Positions 50,332 to 60,743 of a stretch of 64,000 bases of DNA are shown one piece after another. Both the position numbers and the translations under genes were made by a program. Below the pieces are notes generated by a model. The model saw only the letters and a program-made list of their open reading frames with translations. It was not told where the DNA came from and did no database searches. The first letter of the stretch is position 1. Every line of letters begins with the position of its first letter. Source of the DNA: an uncultured delta proteobacterium (GTDB lineage Bacteria > Myxococcota_A > Polyangia > Polyangiales > Houyiibacteriaceae). The stretch lies in contig CAVOVB010000002.1 of the NCBI GenBank assembly GCA_963699755.1, positions 384,001-448,000 on the forward strand, given 5' to 3'.

Positions 50332-53300
50332 ATGGCGCTCCCCGGCTTCCACCCTGCCGTGGCCACCTGGTTCGATCGAACCTTTGGTGCGCCGACGCCG
50401 CCGCAAATCGAGGGCTGGCCTGCGATTCGCGAGGGAGAGCATACTCTGATCGCTTCGCCGACCGGGTCGGGCAAGACGCTTGCAGCGTTTCTGTGCGCGA
50501 TCGATGACCTCGTGCAGCGGGGTCTCCGCGAAGGCTTGGAGGATCGCGTCAGCATCCTCTACATCTCGCCGCTCAAGGCGCTCGGCAACGACATCGAGAG
50601 GAACCTCCAAGCCCCGCTCGAGGGGATCCGAGCGACACTCGCAGAGCTGGGCTACGACGACGTCGAGATCCGAACGGCCGTGCGTACCGGGGATACGCCT
50701 TCCCAGATGCGCACCAAGATGGTGAAAAGGCCACCACAGATCTTCGTGACCACACCCGAGTCACTCTACATCCTGCTCACGAGCGAAGGGGGCCGGCGGA
50801 TGCTCTCGAACGTGCGCACGGTGATCGTCGACGAGATTCACGCGGTGGTGACCAACAAACGCGGCGCGCACTTGGCTCTGTCCTTGGAGCGGCTCGAAGC
50901 GCTGGTGGGCCATGACATCACTCGGATCGGATTGTCGGCGACGCAGAACCCAATCGACGAGGTGGCTCGCTTTCTAGTTGGAATGCGCGGCTCGAACTGT
51001 AATGCGGACGACGGACCCCGCTGCCGAATCGTCGACGTCGGGCATCAGCGCGAAATGGACCTCGCGGTTGAGCTGCCAGACTCCCCGCTCGAAACCGTCA
51101 TGTCCCTCGAAGTCTGGGAGGAGATCTACGCCAAGCTGGCTGCACTGATCGAAAGCCATCGAACGACCTTGATTTTCGTCAATACACGCCGTCTCGCCGA
51201 GCGCGTCACGCGTCACCTGAGCGAGATCATCGGCGAAGGAGCGGTCGCCTCACACCATGGGAGCCTTGCGCGAGCACACCGCCTCGACGCCGAACGGCGT
51301 TTGAGGTCGGGTGAGCTCAGGGCCGTCGTGGCGACTGCATCGCTCGAGCTTGGCATCGACGTGGGCGACGTAGACCTCGTCTGCCAGCTCGGATCGCCGC
51401 ATTCGGTGGCGACCTTTCTTCAGCGGGTCGGGCGCTCCGGACACTGGCATGGCGGAACACCGAAGGGCCGGCTCTTTCCCATGAGCCGGGATGACCTGGT
51501 CGAATGCGCCGCCCTGATGCGCTGTGTCCAACGCGGCGAGCTCGACCGAATCCAGATCCCGGACGGCCCGCTCGACATCCTGGCGCAACAAATCGTCGCT
51601 TCATCCGCCGCGACGGAGAGCTGGAGCGAGGACGAGCTGTTCGCTCTGATCCGGCGAGCTTGGCCGTACCGCGATCTCGGCAAGGACACATTCGCAAAGG
51701 TCTTGCGGGTCTTGTCCGAAGGTTTCGCCACCAGTCGCGGTCGTCGGGGAGCCTTTCTTCATCACGACGAAGTCAATCGACGGATTCGTCCGCGCCGGAG
51801 CGCGCGCCTCACCGCGATCACGAACGGCGGCGCCATCCCAGACAACTTCGACTACGAGGTTCGGCTCGAGCCCGAGGGCCTGCGGATTGGCTCGGTGAAC
51901 GAGGACTTCGCCATCGAGAGCATGGCTGGGGACATCTTCCAACTCGGCAATGTTTCGTACCGGATTCTCCGGGTCGAGCCTGGCGTGCTGCGGGTCGCCG
52001 ACGCCAAGGGCCAGCCGCCCATGCTTCCGTTCTGGTTTGGAGAGGCGCCTTCGCGCGCCGATCTCCTCTCCCGCTCGGTCGACGCGATTCGCCGAGGCAT
52101 CGAAGAACGACATCGAGATCTCGAAGAAGTCGGCGACTGGCTGGAGACCGAGACTGGGGTCGGCAGGCTCGCCGCGCAGCAGCTCGCCGAATACCTCGTT
52201 GCCTCTCGAATGGCCCTCGGAACCATGCCGACACGCGAAACGCTCGTCCTCGAGCGCTTCTTCGACGAGACCGGGGCCATGCACCTGATCGTTCATTCGC
52301 CGTTCGGTAGTCGGATCAATCGCGCCTGGGGCCTGTCGCTCCGCAAGCGCTTCTGCCGAAGCTTCAACGTCGAGCTTCAGGCGGCTGCGACCGAAGACGC
52401 GATCGTTCTTTCGCTAGGGCCCACGCATAGCTTCCCGCTCGAAGACGTGTTTCGCTTCTTGCGCGCAGAGAACGTCCGCGATGTTTTGGTCCAGGCCTTG
52501 CTCGATGCTCCGATGTTCCAGACCCGTTGGCGGTGGAACGTGACTCGCGCCCTCGCCGTCGCTAGATTTCGCGCGGGCAAGAAAGTGCCACCTCCATTTC
52601 AACGCATGCAGGCGGATGACCTGCTCGCGCTCTGTTTTCCCGATCAGGTGGCGTGTCTCGAAAACGTAGCGGGTGACCGCGAGGTTCCAGACCATCCGCT
52701 CGTACGCCAGACGATCGAGGACTGCCTTCACGAGGCCATGGACATCGACGGGCTCGAAGCTCTCCTCGAGCGCCTGCATGCGGGCGAGCTGAAGCTGGTG
52801 GCGCGGGATCTCACCGAACCGTCCCCGCTCGCCCAGGAGATTCTCACCGCAAAGCCCTATGCGTTCCTGGACGACGCGCCCCTCGAAGAGCGACGCACGC
52901 AGGCGGTCATGTCGCGCCGGTGGCTCGATCCCCGTCGGGCTTCGGACCTCGGCGCGCTCGATGCTGCGGCGATCGACCGCGTGCGGAGCGAAGCATGGCC
53001 AGAGCCGCGGGGTGCAGAGGAAATGCACGACGCGCTTCTGCTTCACAATTGCGTCACCGAGGAAGAAGCCGCGCGCGGCGACTGGCTGCGCTGGTTGCTG
53101 GAGCTGGTCGAAGCGGGTCGTGCAACCCGCTTCGTCAGCGGGCGCCGGACGCTCTGGACGGCTGCCGAACGCCTTCCGCTGCTCCAAGCCGCCTGGCCCG
53201 ATGGGCGCGCCGAAACACAGGTCCAGGTTCCCGAACGGCACCGAAACGAGCCCTGGACCCGAGAAGATGCCGCCCGGGGAATCGTGCAGGGCCGTTTGCA

Positions 53301-54615
53301 GGCGTCTGGTCCTACGACTGCAGCCCAACTCGGAAGCCTGCTCGGCTTGGATTCGGGTCTGGTCGACGCTGCCCTGGGCGCGCTCGAGGGAGAAGGCTTC
53401 GTCCTTCGGGGAACGTTCACACCAGGGTCGACCGATGCCGAATGGTGCGAACGCGGTCTGCTCGCGCGCATCCACCGCTACACCCTCAACCGGCTGCGCA
53501 GCGAAATCGAAGCGGTATCGGCTGGAGACTACATCCGCTTCCTGCTGGACTGGCAGCACGCCGCGCCTCGCGCCCGGATGGTAGGCCCCGAAGGCCTGGC
53601 CGCGATCATCGAACAGCTCGAAGGCATGGAAGCCGGGGCGGCGGCCTGGGAAGCCGACCTCCTGCCTGTCCGGATGGAAGGCTACGACCCGACCTGGCTC
53701 GATCAGCTCTGCATCTCCGGCAGAGTGACCTGGAGCCGGCGGACCCCGCCAACGGGCCGCGCATCGAGCCCGATCCGCACTAGCCCGATCGCGTTCTGCC
53801 GCCGAGAGCACCTGCGCACTTGGCGCTTCTGCTCGCTGTCTGAGGAGCCCTTCTCCGCGGATGCCACGCTTGCGCTGCGGATGCTTCGAGACTCGGGGGC
53901 GAGCTTCTTCGACGACATCGTGCACCAAACCGGCCTCCTTCCGACACAGGCGGAGGTCGCGCTCGGCGAGCTCGTCTCACTTGGCCTGGTGACCGCAGAT
54001 GGCTTCACCGGCTTGCGCGCGCTGCTCGCACCCGGTCCCAAGCGTCCGCGTCCGGGTCGACGCGCGGTAGCGGGCTACAGCATGGAAGCTGCGGGCCGAT
54101 GGACCGTCTTGCCGGACACTGTGGAGGAGCACGACGTGGAGAGCGTCGCCTGGACGCTGCTTCGCCGCTGGGGCGTCGTGTTTCGCCGTCTTCTCGATCG
54201 CGAAGGCGACCTACCGCCCTGGTACGTCTTGTTGCGGGTGTACCGGCGGCTCGAGGCGCAGGGTAGAGTTCGCGGTGGTCGATTCGTTGCCGGTTTCGCA
54301 GGAGAGCAGTACGCCCTACCCGAGGCGGTCACCGCGCTTCGCAAGGCACGCCGCGAGGGCAAGACGGGCGAGCTGGTTTCGATCAGCGCGGCCGACCCGC
54401 TCAACCTGATCGGCATCCTCACCCCCGGACATCGCGTCCCTGCGACCCCCAAGAACCGGGTGCTCTTTCGCGACGGAATTCCAATCGCCTTCCGCGAAGG
54501 CAGCGAAACGCAGTTCTTGGGGGATCCGGCGGCCGAACGTTGGGCGCTCAGTCAAGCGCTCGGACGGCAACCGATGCCTCGAAGCGTTCGCGCATATCTC
54601 GGAAATCGTCCGTAG
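50332..54615 (+). CDS. lhr: Lhr-family ATP-dependent helicase
   Basis: [58 protein letters not shown]. Confidence 0.92.
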   Translation: MALPGFHPAVATWFDRTFGAPTPPQIEGWPAIREGEHTLIASPTGSGKTLAAFLCAIDDLVQRGLREGLEDRVSILYISPLKALGNDIERNLQAPLEGIRATLAELGYDDVEIRTAVRTGDTPSQMRTKMVKRPPQIFVTTPESLYILLTSEGGRRMLSNVRTVIVDEIHAVVTNKRGAHLALSLERLEALVGHDITRIGLSATQNPIDEVARFLVGMRGSNCNADDGPRCRIVDVGHQREMDLAVELPDSPLETVMSLEVWEEIYAKLAALIESHRTTLIFVNTRRLAERVTRHLSEIIGEGAVASHHGSLARAHRLDAERRLRSGELRAVVATASLELGIDVGDVDLVCQLGSPHSVATFLQRVGRSGHWHGGTPKGRLFPMSRDDLVECAALMRCVQRGELDRIQIPDGPLDILAQQIVASSAATESWSEDELFALIRRAWPYRDLGKDTFAKVLRVLSEGFATSRGRRGAFLHHDEVNRRIRPRRSARLTAITNGGAIPDNFDYEVRLEPEGLRIGSVNEDFAIESMAGDIFQLGNVSYRILRVEPGVLRVADAKGQPPMLPFWFGEAPSRADLLSRSVDAIRRGIEERHRDLEEVGDWLETETGVGRLAAQQLAEYLVASRMALGTMPTRETLVLERFFDETGAMHLIVHSPFGSRINRAWGLSLRKRFCRSFNVELQAAATEDAIVLSLGPTHSFPLEDVFRFLRAENVRDVLVQALLDAPMFQTRWRWNVTRALAVARFRAGKKVPPPFQRMQADDLLALCFPDQVACLENVAGDREVPDHPLVRQTIEDCLHEAMDIDGLEALLERLHAGELKLVARDLTEPSPLAQEILTAKPYAFLDDAPLEERRTQAVMSRRWLDPRRASDLGALDAAAIDRVRSEAWPEPRGAEEMHDALLLHNCVTEEEAARGDWLRWLLELVEAGRATRFVSGRRTLWTAAERLPLLQAAWPDGRAETQVQVPERHRNEPWTREDAARGIVQGRLQASGPTTAAQLGSLLGLDSGLVDAALGALEGEGFVLRGTFTPGSTDAEWCERGLLARIHRYTLNRLRSEIEAVSAGDYIRFLLDWQHAAPRARMVGPEGLAAIIEQLEGMEAGAAAWEADLLPVRMEGYDPTWLDQLCISGRVTWSRRTPPTGRASSPIRTSPIAFCRREHLRTWRFCSLSEEPFSADATLALRMLRDSGASFFDDIVHQTGLLPTQAEVALGELVSLGLVTADGFTGLRALLAPGPKRPRPGRRAVAGYSMEAAGRWTVLPDTVEEHDVESVAWTLLRRWGVVFRRLLDREGDLPPWYVLLRVYRRLEAQGRVRGGRFVAGFAGEQYALPEAVTALRKARREGKTGELVSISAADPLNLIGILTPGHRVPATPKNRVLFRDGIPIAFREGSETQFLGDPAAERWALSQALGRQPMPRSVRAYLGNRP

Positions 54616-54669
54616 CCGTCTCGTTCCCCGGCAAAGTCATGTCCCTACCGGCAGTAGGGAGTCGGTGGT

Positions 54670-55890
54670 ATGACCCGGCAAATCATGGCCGACTCGCTGG
54701 ACAGATGCTTTTCCGAAGCCACGATCAATGGCCTCACTCTGCGAAACCGGCTCATCAAGGCCGCGACCTTCGAAGGCAAATCGCCCGGCGGAGTGCCAAG
54801 CCAGGCGCTGATCGAGTTTCACCAGCGCATCGGCCAGGGCGGCATCGGCATGACGAACATCGCATACTGCGCAGCCGAGGCCGACGGACGCATCCATGAA
54901 AACATGATGTACATGCATGAAGGGATCCGGCCGGAGCTCGAGCGGTTCATCCGTACCGTGAAAACGACCGGCGCGAAGGTCTGCGGCCAGCTTGGACACT
55001 GCGGCGGATTCACCAAGAACAAGGAGTTCAGCCGAAGGCGACCTCTGGGCCCTTCAAAGGGAATCAATCCCCTCGGGCTCACCCACGGCCTCTCTCGCAT
55101 TGCGGAAATGACCAAGCCGCAGATCCGCGAACGCGTGCGAATCATGGGACGGGCTGCAGCTTTCATGAAGTCGGTTGGTTTCGATGCGATCGAAATCCAC
55201 TTCGGCCACGGCTATGGCATCAGCCAGTTCATCAGCCCGAAAACCAACAAGCGCAAAGACGAGTACGGAGGCAGCCTTCGCGACCGGATGCGGTTCGCAT
55301 TGGAAGTGCTCGATGAATGCCGGACGAATGTCGGCGACAATTTCCCGCTCCTGGGCAAGATCAGCATGACCGACGGCGTACCAGGGGGTGTGAGCTATGA
55401 CGACTCCGTGGAGATCGCGGCCATGCTGGAAGCCGGCGGCCTCGACGTGATCATTTGCAGTGGCGGCACGAGCAGCATGAACCCCATGCTCCTGTTTCGA
55501 GGCGCCAGCATGGTCCCCGGCCTCGTCAGGCACGAGAAGAGCCGGCTCATGAAGATCGGGATTCGTTTAGCCGCGCCGATCATGTTCAAAGACTATCCGT
55601 ACGAAGAGATGTATTTCCTCCAGCACGCCCAGCGGATCCGCGACCGCGTGCAGTGTGGCGTCTGCTACATCGGCGGTGTTTGCACCAACGAGAGCATTCG
55701 TACGCTGATGGACGCCGGCTTCGACTTCATTCAGCTCGGCAGGGCGCTGATTTTCGACCCTGATTTTCCGAAGCAGGCCCGGGAACGGACGAGCTACAAG
55801 AACGGATGTAGCCACTGCAATCAGTGCGCGACCTTGATCGAAGCGCCTGGCGGCATCTACTGCGTCGAGCGCCCTGCGAACTTCAGCTGA
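54670..55890 (+). CDS. NADH:flavin oxidoreductase (Old Yellow Enzyme family)
   Basis: LRNRLIKAATFE, GFDAIEIHFGHGY..SQF, DEYGGS, C-terminal CSHCNQC. Confidence 0.9.
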   Translation: MTRQIMADSLDRCFSEATINGLTLRNRLIKAATFEGKSPGGVPSQALIEFHQRIGQGGIGMTNIAYCAAEADGRIHENMMYMHEGIRPELERFIRTVKTTGAKVCGQLGHCGGFTKNKEFSRRRPLGPSKGINPLGLTHGLSRIAEMTKPQIRERVRIMGRAAAFMKSVGFDAIEIHFGHGYGISQFISPKTNKRKDEYGGSLRDRMRFALEVLDECRTNVGDNFPLLGKISMTDGVPGGVSYDDSVEIAAMLEAGGLDVIICSGGTSSMNPMLLFRGASMVPGLVRHEKSRLMKIGIRLAAPIMFKDYPYEEMYFLQHAQRIRDRVQCGVCYIGGVCTNESIRTLMDAGFDFIQLGRALIFDPDFPKQARERTSYKNGCSHCNQCATLIEAPGGIYCVERPANFS

Positions 55891-55901
55891 GAGGAATTAC
55901 G

Positions 55902-56678
55902 ATGTGCGGATTGAACGTCTGCGTCGAGGGCGCAGTCGCTAGGGTCGTCTTCGACCGACCGAAGGCGCTCAACGCGCTCACGCCAGACATGTTGGGTGAG
56001 CTCATCGAGGTCTGCGAGGAGCTCGGCAAGAACGACGCCGTAAAAGTCGTCGTTTTCACGGGTGCGGGCAACTGCTTCTCCGCGGGCGCGGACCTACCCG
56101 CCTTCCTGCCCCTGTTGTCCGGCCCCGATGCTCGCGCCACGGCGGACCTTGGCCGGCGAACGACCAACGCCGTCGCCGAGCTCCCCAAGATCACGGTCGC
56201 GGCAGTTCGCGGGCACTGCGTTGGAGGCGCGCTCGTGCTCGCCGGCGCTTGCGACCTCCGCGTTGCCGCAAGCGATGCCCGCTTCATGATCCCGGAGCTC
56301 GACGCCGGGATTCCGCTCGGCTGGGGTGCCATGGAGCACCTCATTCGACTCGTCGGCACAACGCTGGCGGCCGATCTAGTCTTTAGCAGCCGGCCCCTCG
56401 GTCCCGAAGAAGCACTGCGCCGTGGATTGGTGAGCCAGGTTTTCTCGATCGATCGCTTCGAGGTTGAGCTCGAAACCCTGCTGAGCAACATCGTGCGCAA
56501 GCCCAAGATCGTGCTCCGGATCACCAAACGACAGATCCTCGCGATTCGCGATGGTAGCTTCGACCCTCGCGAAGACGCTGACGCCATGCTTTCGTCATTG
56601 AAGGATCCCGAGGCGATGAAGGCAGGCCTGGAATACATCTCAGAGCATATTCAGAGAAAAAGGGGCGCCGGCAGCTGA
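55902..56678 (+). CDS. Enoyl-CoA hydratase/isomerase family protein
   Basis: DRPKALNAL, FSAGADL, GHCVGG, CDLRVA, PE; GAGGA RBS. Confidence 0.88.
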   Translation: MCGLNVCVEGAVARVVFDRPKALNALTPDMLGELIEVCEELGKNDAVKVVVFTGAGNCFSAGADLPAFLPLLSGPDARATADLGRRTTNAVAELPKITVAAVRGHCVGGALVLAGACDLRVAASDARFMIPELDAGIPLGWGAMEHLIRLVGTTLAADLVFSSRPLGPEEALRRGLVSQVFSIDRFEVELETLLSNIVRKPKIVLRITKRQILAIRDGSFDPREDADAMLSSLKDPEAMKAGLEYISEHIQRKRGAGS

Positions 56679-56832
56679 TGGACGACTCGCCTCAGCGATG
56701 CAGCCCTGGCCTCAGGGCGAGCGAACGCAGTCGTAGCTGCGCGAGCGGAACGCGCGATCAAGCGGCCAGGAAGGCTTCCTGCACGCGAATCAGGCCCGCT
56801 ACCTAGCCGAAACGCCAAAGTCTCGCGTCTCT

Positions 56833-58023
56833 ATGCCATTGCGTCTATCATCGGTCGCGATGTTTCCCTCGCCTGGTGGCGCCTGTCCCCCGCCAGAAGA
56901 GCTCTTTGCGGGGCGCTATGCGGTCGATGGCCTCCTGCCTTGGGGTGGCGTGGCTTCGTACTACCGTGCGTCTTCCGAAGGCACGCCCCTGATCCTTTGC
57001 GTCTTGCCAATCGACCTGAGCCGTTCGCATCGCGCCGAGGCTGCGTTCTCCCATCTGGCGCACGGCCTCGGGTCGATCCGCGCTCGCGCCGTTCCTCCGA
57101 TCCTCGACGCTGGCATCATCGACGGGGTTCCCTACCTGGCCTTTCAGGACACGAGGGGCACCCCCCTGAGCAAGCTCCTGCAGGAACGTCCGCTGAGCTC
57201 ACTCACCGTGCTTCGCCTAGCTTCCGAAGTCCTCGACGCCCTCGGCGCGGCGCACGCCCAGAGCCTGGTGCACGGAGACCTCACGCCGCAGAACATTGTC
57301 GTCACCCGAACGCGAGACGGTCGGCTCGGCGCGCGATTGATCGGCCTGGGGATGGTTCCTCTCATCCGTTCCTTTCCCGAGGCGAGCCCTCACGCAGCCC
57401 ACAGCGGCTCAGGCCAAGATGCGGTCGCCTACATGGCCCCCGAGATCTTCGGTGACGCGAAGATCGCCCCCTCCGCGGACCTGTATTCCGTAGGGGCGTT
57501 GCTCCACCACATGGTGACCGGTTCTCCGCCGGTAGGCTGGGAAGCCGGCGACGGGTTTGACGACGTCCCCGGCCTGCCGGATGTGATCACGCGGGCCATG
57601 TCGAGACAAGCACAGAAGCGATACGCGGACGCAGCTGCGATGCGAGGTGCGCTCGAGTGGCTCGAAGTCATCTCCGCCGAGCAGAACCCGCAAACCCAAG
57701 ACATCGCACCCTGGATGGAGACCTCACAGATCGGCTCCATTCCCGTCCCTTCTCTCGCGTCGACTCTTCCACCCGCGCTCGTGACGAGCAGCCACCCGCC
57801 CGGGACAATCCTCAGTACCTCGGGCGCTCGTCCCATCCCCGTCCAACCCGTTCACGTGCAGGAGCTCGGGTCCGACAGCAACACGCGCTGGCGCCAAATA
57901 GCCCTGCTCTTGATTCTGCTCGGTAGCCTCGTCGTCTCGGGGTACTGGTGGAAATCCGAGCGCAGCCCAAACGCGACGGCGCTTCCCTTGAGCCTCGATC
58001 CTGGCGGGGAATATGGTCAATAG
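56833..58023 (+). CDS. Membrane-anchored Ser/Thr kinase-like protein (probable pseudokinase)
   Basis: HGDLTPQN, YMAPE, ADLYSVG present; VAIK Lys and DFG Asp absent; C-terminal TM. Confidence 0.75.
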   Translation: MPLRLSSVAMFPSPGGACPPPEELFAGRYAVDGLLPWGGVASYYRASSEGTPLILCVLPIDLSRSHRAEAAFSHLAHGLGSIRARAVPPILDAGIIDGVPYLAFQDTRGTPLSKLLQERPLSSLTVLRLASEVLDALGAAHAQSLVHGDLTPQNIVVTRTRDGRLGARLIGLGMVPLIRSFPEASPHAAHSGSGQDAVAYMAPEIFGDAKIAPSADLYSVGALLHHMVTGSPPVGWEAGDGFDDVPGLPDVITRAMSRQAQKRYADAAAMRGALEWLEVISAEQNPQTQDIAPWMETSQIGSIPVPSLASTLPPALVTSSHPPGTILSTSGARPIPVQPVHVQELGSDSNTRWRQIALLLILLGSLVVSGYWWKSERSPNATALPLSLDPGGEYGQ

Positions 58024-58582
58024 CTCGCCCCAATCCAAGCCGACCGACGAAGAGCTGATGGATGCCTACGTCGATGGTGACCAGGCCGCGTTTCGACTCT
58101 TGTTCGAACGGTACGCGCCCATCCTCCTTCGCCTCACGCGCCGACACCTTCGCGACGAAGAGCTCGCCGAAGAGATCGTCCAGCAAACCTTCTTCCGACT
58201 GCACGGTGCGCGGAACGACTTCCAACGCGGCTCCAAGCTGCGCCCGTGGATCATGACCATCGCGATGAACCTCGTTCGGGAGCACTGGCGGCGCAGCAAG
58301 CGGCGCAAAATGACGAGCCTAGAGACCGAGACGCAGGCCGCCCCGGAAGCGGATTTCATGCCGCTCGAGCTCCGGCAGCGCTCCGAGCTCCTTCACGTGG
58401 CACTCGAAAAGCTCCCGACGAGCCAGCGCGAGGTCGTCGAGCTTCATTGGTTTCAAGAGCGCCCATACGCGGAAGTCGCTGAAATTGTGGGCACTTCCGA
58501 GGGGGCCGTACGCGTTCGCGCACATCGTGCGTATGCAACTTTGAAACAATTGTTGGTCTTGGAAATACGTGGTGATGAATGA
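58013..58582 (+). CDS. ECF RNA polymerase sigma factor
   Basis: DEELM, AFRLLFERY, AEEIVQQTF, WIMTIAMN, YAEVAEIVGTSEGAVRVRAHRA. Confidence 0.92.
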   Translation: MVNSSPQSKPTDEELMDAYVDGDQAAFRLLFERYAPILLRLTRRHLRDEELAEEIVQQTFFRLHGARNDFQRGSKLRPWIMTIAMNLVREHWRRSKRRKMTSLETETQAAPEADFMPLELRQRSELLHVALEKLPTSQREVVELHWFQERPYAEVAEIVGTSEGAVRVRAHRAYATLKQLLVLEIRGDE

Positions 58583-59301
58583 CTAGTGGCAGCAACAGAC
58601 CCGACGCCGGTCTCGGCGAGCGCTTGCGCGAGCTCGATGCGCTCGAAACGCCGGGCAACGGCGAGCTGATCGATCGCATGTTCGCCGAGATGAAAGCGCG
58701 GTGCGACAGGAGCGACCATTCGATTCGCGGCTTTTTGCGAAGTCGTTCGACGCTGGCGCGCCGCCTAATCGTCCTAGGTGTGTTCTCGATGCTTGCCATT
58801 GTGGGCTGGTTCGCATTCCCCTTGGTGGACGACCAAGCTCGCACGATGCAATGGACAGCCAGCCTGGTGACTTTCTCTGTCCTTCTGCTGATCGCGATGT
58901 TGATGGTGACTCGCCCCGTGCACCTTCCAGCACTTCCGCATTGGCAGTCGGTCTGCTTGGTTTGCATCGCGCTCGGTGCAAGCGTCGTGGCCGCGTTCTG
59001 GCCCTCCGGCGCTGCCGAGGCTGCTGCGCAAGCTCCCACAGGCAGCATCATGGCCGGTGTGTGCATGGGGGCCGGGTTGCTGCTCGGAATTCCAGTCTAC
59101 GCCTTGCTGCGCCTGGTCGATCGCGGCAACGCGCTCGGAAGCCTCATCGCTGCGGCGGCCGCGGGCCTCGCAGGAAACTTCGTGCTCAAAGCGCATTGCA
59201 GCGTCCCAGGCACCTCACACGAGCTCCTGGGCCATGCGTCGGTCGCGGTCTTGTTCGTGGTGGGTTTGGGCTTGGTTCATCGCTTCGCTCCTGGGAAATA
59301 G
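58579..59301 (+). CDS. Multi-TM anti-sigma factor, NrsF/DUF1109-like
   Basis: ATGA overlap with the ECF gene, about 6 TM helices, GVC and AHC...GH motifs. Confidence 0.65.
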   Translation: MTSGSNRPDAGLGERLRELDALETPGNGELIDRMFAEMKARCDRSDHSIRGFLRSRSTLARRLIVLGVFSMLAIVGWFAFPLVDDQARTMQWTASLVTFSVLLLIAMLMVTRPVHLPALPHWQSVCLVCIALGASVVAAFWPSGAAEAAAQAPTGSIMAGVCMGAGLLLGIPVYALLRLVDRGNALGSLIAAAAAGLAGNFVLKAHCSVPGTSHELLGHASVAVLFVVGLGLVHRFAPGK

Positions 59302-59378
59302 CCCGCATCGCAGCGCGAGCAGGTTCCCTACTCCCTCGAGCGAAAAAACGGGTATGCTTTCGCCGCCGAGGAGGATCT

Positions 59379-60734
59379 GTGAGCGAAGAGCTGCGTCGAG
59401 ACTTCAACGAGAAGGGCATCAGGAAGGTCAAGGTTGGTGGTTTCGACGTGGACGGGCTGCTGCGCGGCAAGTACATCAGCCTCGAGAAGTTCTGGTCGGC
59501 CCTCGAGAAAGGCTTCGGCTTCTGCGATGTAGTTTTCGGCTGGGATGTCTGCGACCAGCTCTATGACAACGCAGAGGTGACCGGCTGGAAGACCGGCTAC
59601 CCCGATGCCTTGGCCCGAATCGATGCATCGACCTTTCGCATTCTCCCGGATGCCCCCGACACCGCGAGCTTCATCGTCGACTTCTACACCCGGGACGGCG
59701 AGCCTCACCCCGCGTGCCCGCGGAATTTACTCAAGCGCGTGACCAAGAAGGCCGAGGATGCAGGCTTCAAGGCCAAGTTCTCCGCCGAGTTCGAGTTCTG
59801 GGTGTTTCGAGAGACTCCGCAATCACTCCACAAGAAGGATTTTCGCAATCTGGAGCCATTGAGCCCAGGAATGTTCGGTTACTCCTGGTTGCGTGCCGGC
59901 CAGCATCAAACTCTGGTCGATGACATCTTGGACAGCTGCGCCGCGTACGACATCGAGATCGAAGGGATCCACACCGAAACGGGCCCGGGGGTCTGGGAAG
60001 CGGCGCTGCTCTACGACGATGTGCTCCCCGCCGCCGACAAAGCGGCGCTGTTCAAGACGATGCTCAAGCAGATCTGCGCGCGCCACGACCTCACGGTCAC
60101 GTTCATGGCCAAGTGGAATGCGGACCTGCCAGGCTCGAGCGGCCATATTCATCAAAGCCTTTGGGACTCAGGTGAACAAATCAATCTCTTTGCCGCGGCA
60201 GGAAGCGACGCCTTGAGCAGGATCGGGTTTCACTACCTCGGAGGCCTGGTTACACTCGCGCCGGAGCTCACCGCGCTCTATTCACCCTTGGTGAACAGCT
60301 ACAAACGCTATGTCCCTGGCGTTTGGGCGCCCCTGAACGCTTCCTGGGGAATCGAAAACAGAACCTGCGGATCGCGCGTCATCCTCGGCCCGAGCGATCA
60401 CACGACCCGAATCGAATTCCGGCAGACCGCTGCGGATATCAATCCATACGTCGCGATGGCGGCATGCCTAGGCTCGGGTCTCTATGGAATTGCCGAGAAC
60501 ATCGAGCCGCCTGCGATGACCACGGGCGACGCGACCCGTGAGAGCGATCCGGTGCTCGGCCTTCCGCCCACGCTCGAAGCTGCGGTCGAACGCCTTCGGG
60601 GCAGCGAGGCCGCGCGGGTGGCGCTCGGTGACGATTTCGTCGACCACTTCATCCGCACGCGCGACTGGGAGTGCCGCGAATACCGAAAGGCCGTGAGCGA
60701 CTGGGAGCTCCGCCGTTACTTCGAGGCGGTTTGA
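59379..60734 (+). CDS. Glutamine synthetase-family ligase (likely gamma-glutamyl-amine ligase type)
   Basis: GAGGAGG RBS + GTG; DGLLRGK, EFEF, HTETGPG.WE, TFMAK, SSGHIHQSL, NSYKR, WGIENR, RIEFR. Confidence 0.85.
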   Translation: MSEELRRDFNEKGIRKVKVGGFDVDGLLRGKYISLEKFWSALEKGFGFCDVVFGWDVCDQLYDNAEVTGWKTGYPDALARIDASTFRILPDAPDTASFIVDFYTRDGEPHPACPRNLLKRVTKKAEDAGFKAKFSAEFEFWVFRETPQSLHKKDFRNLEPLSPGMFGYSWLRAGQHQTLVDDILDSCAAYDIEIEGIHTETGPGVWEAALLYDDVLPAADKAALFKTMLKQICARHDLTVTFMAKWNADLPGSSGHIHQSLWDSGEQINLFAAAGSDALSRIGFHYLGGLVTLAPELTALYSPLVNSYKRYVPGVWAPLNASWGIENRTCGSRVILGPSDHTTRIEFRQTAADINPYVAMAACLGSGLYGIAENIEPPAMTTGDATRESDPVLGLPPTLEAAVERLRGSEAARVALGDDFVDHFIRTRDWECREYRKAVSDWELRRYFEAV

Positions 60735-60743
60735 GGTATCTCG

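Noticed and set aside
50332..54615. Lhr helicase as part of an anti-phage system with the upstream HExxH gene
   Set aside because: Lhr is a widespread DNA-repair helicase, and no nuclease, methylase or mobile-element context supports a defence role; adjacency alone is insufficient
58701..59378. 226-aa N-terminal extension of the GS-family ORF (apparent fusion)
   Set aside because: It overlaps the anti-sigma gene in another frame; a strong GAGGAGG RBS before GTG 59379 gives a normal-length GS-like protein
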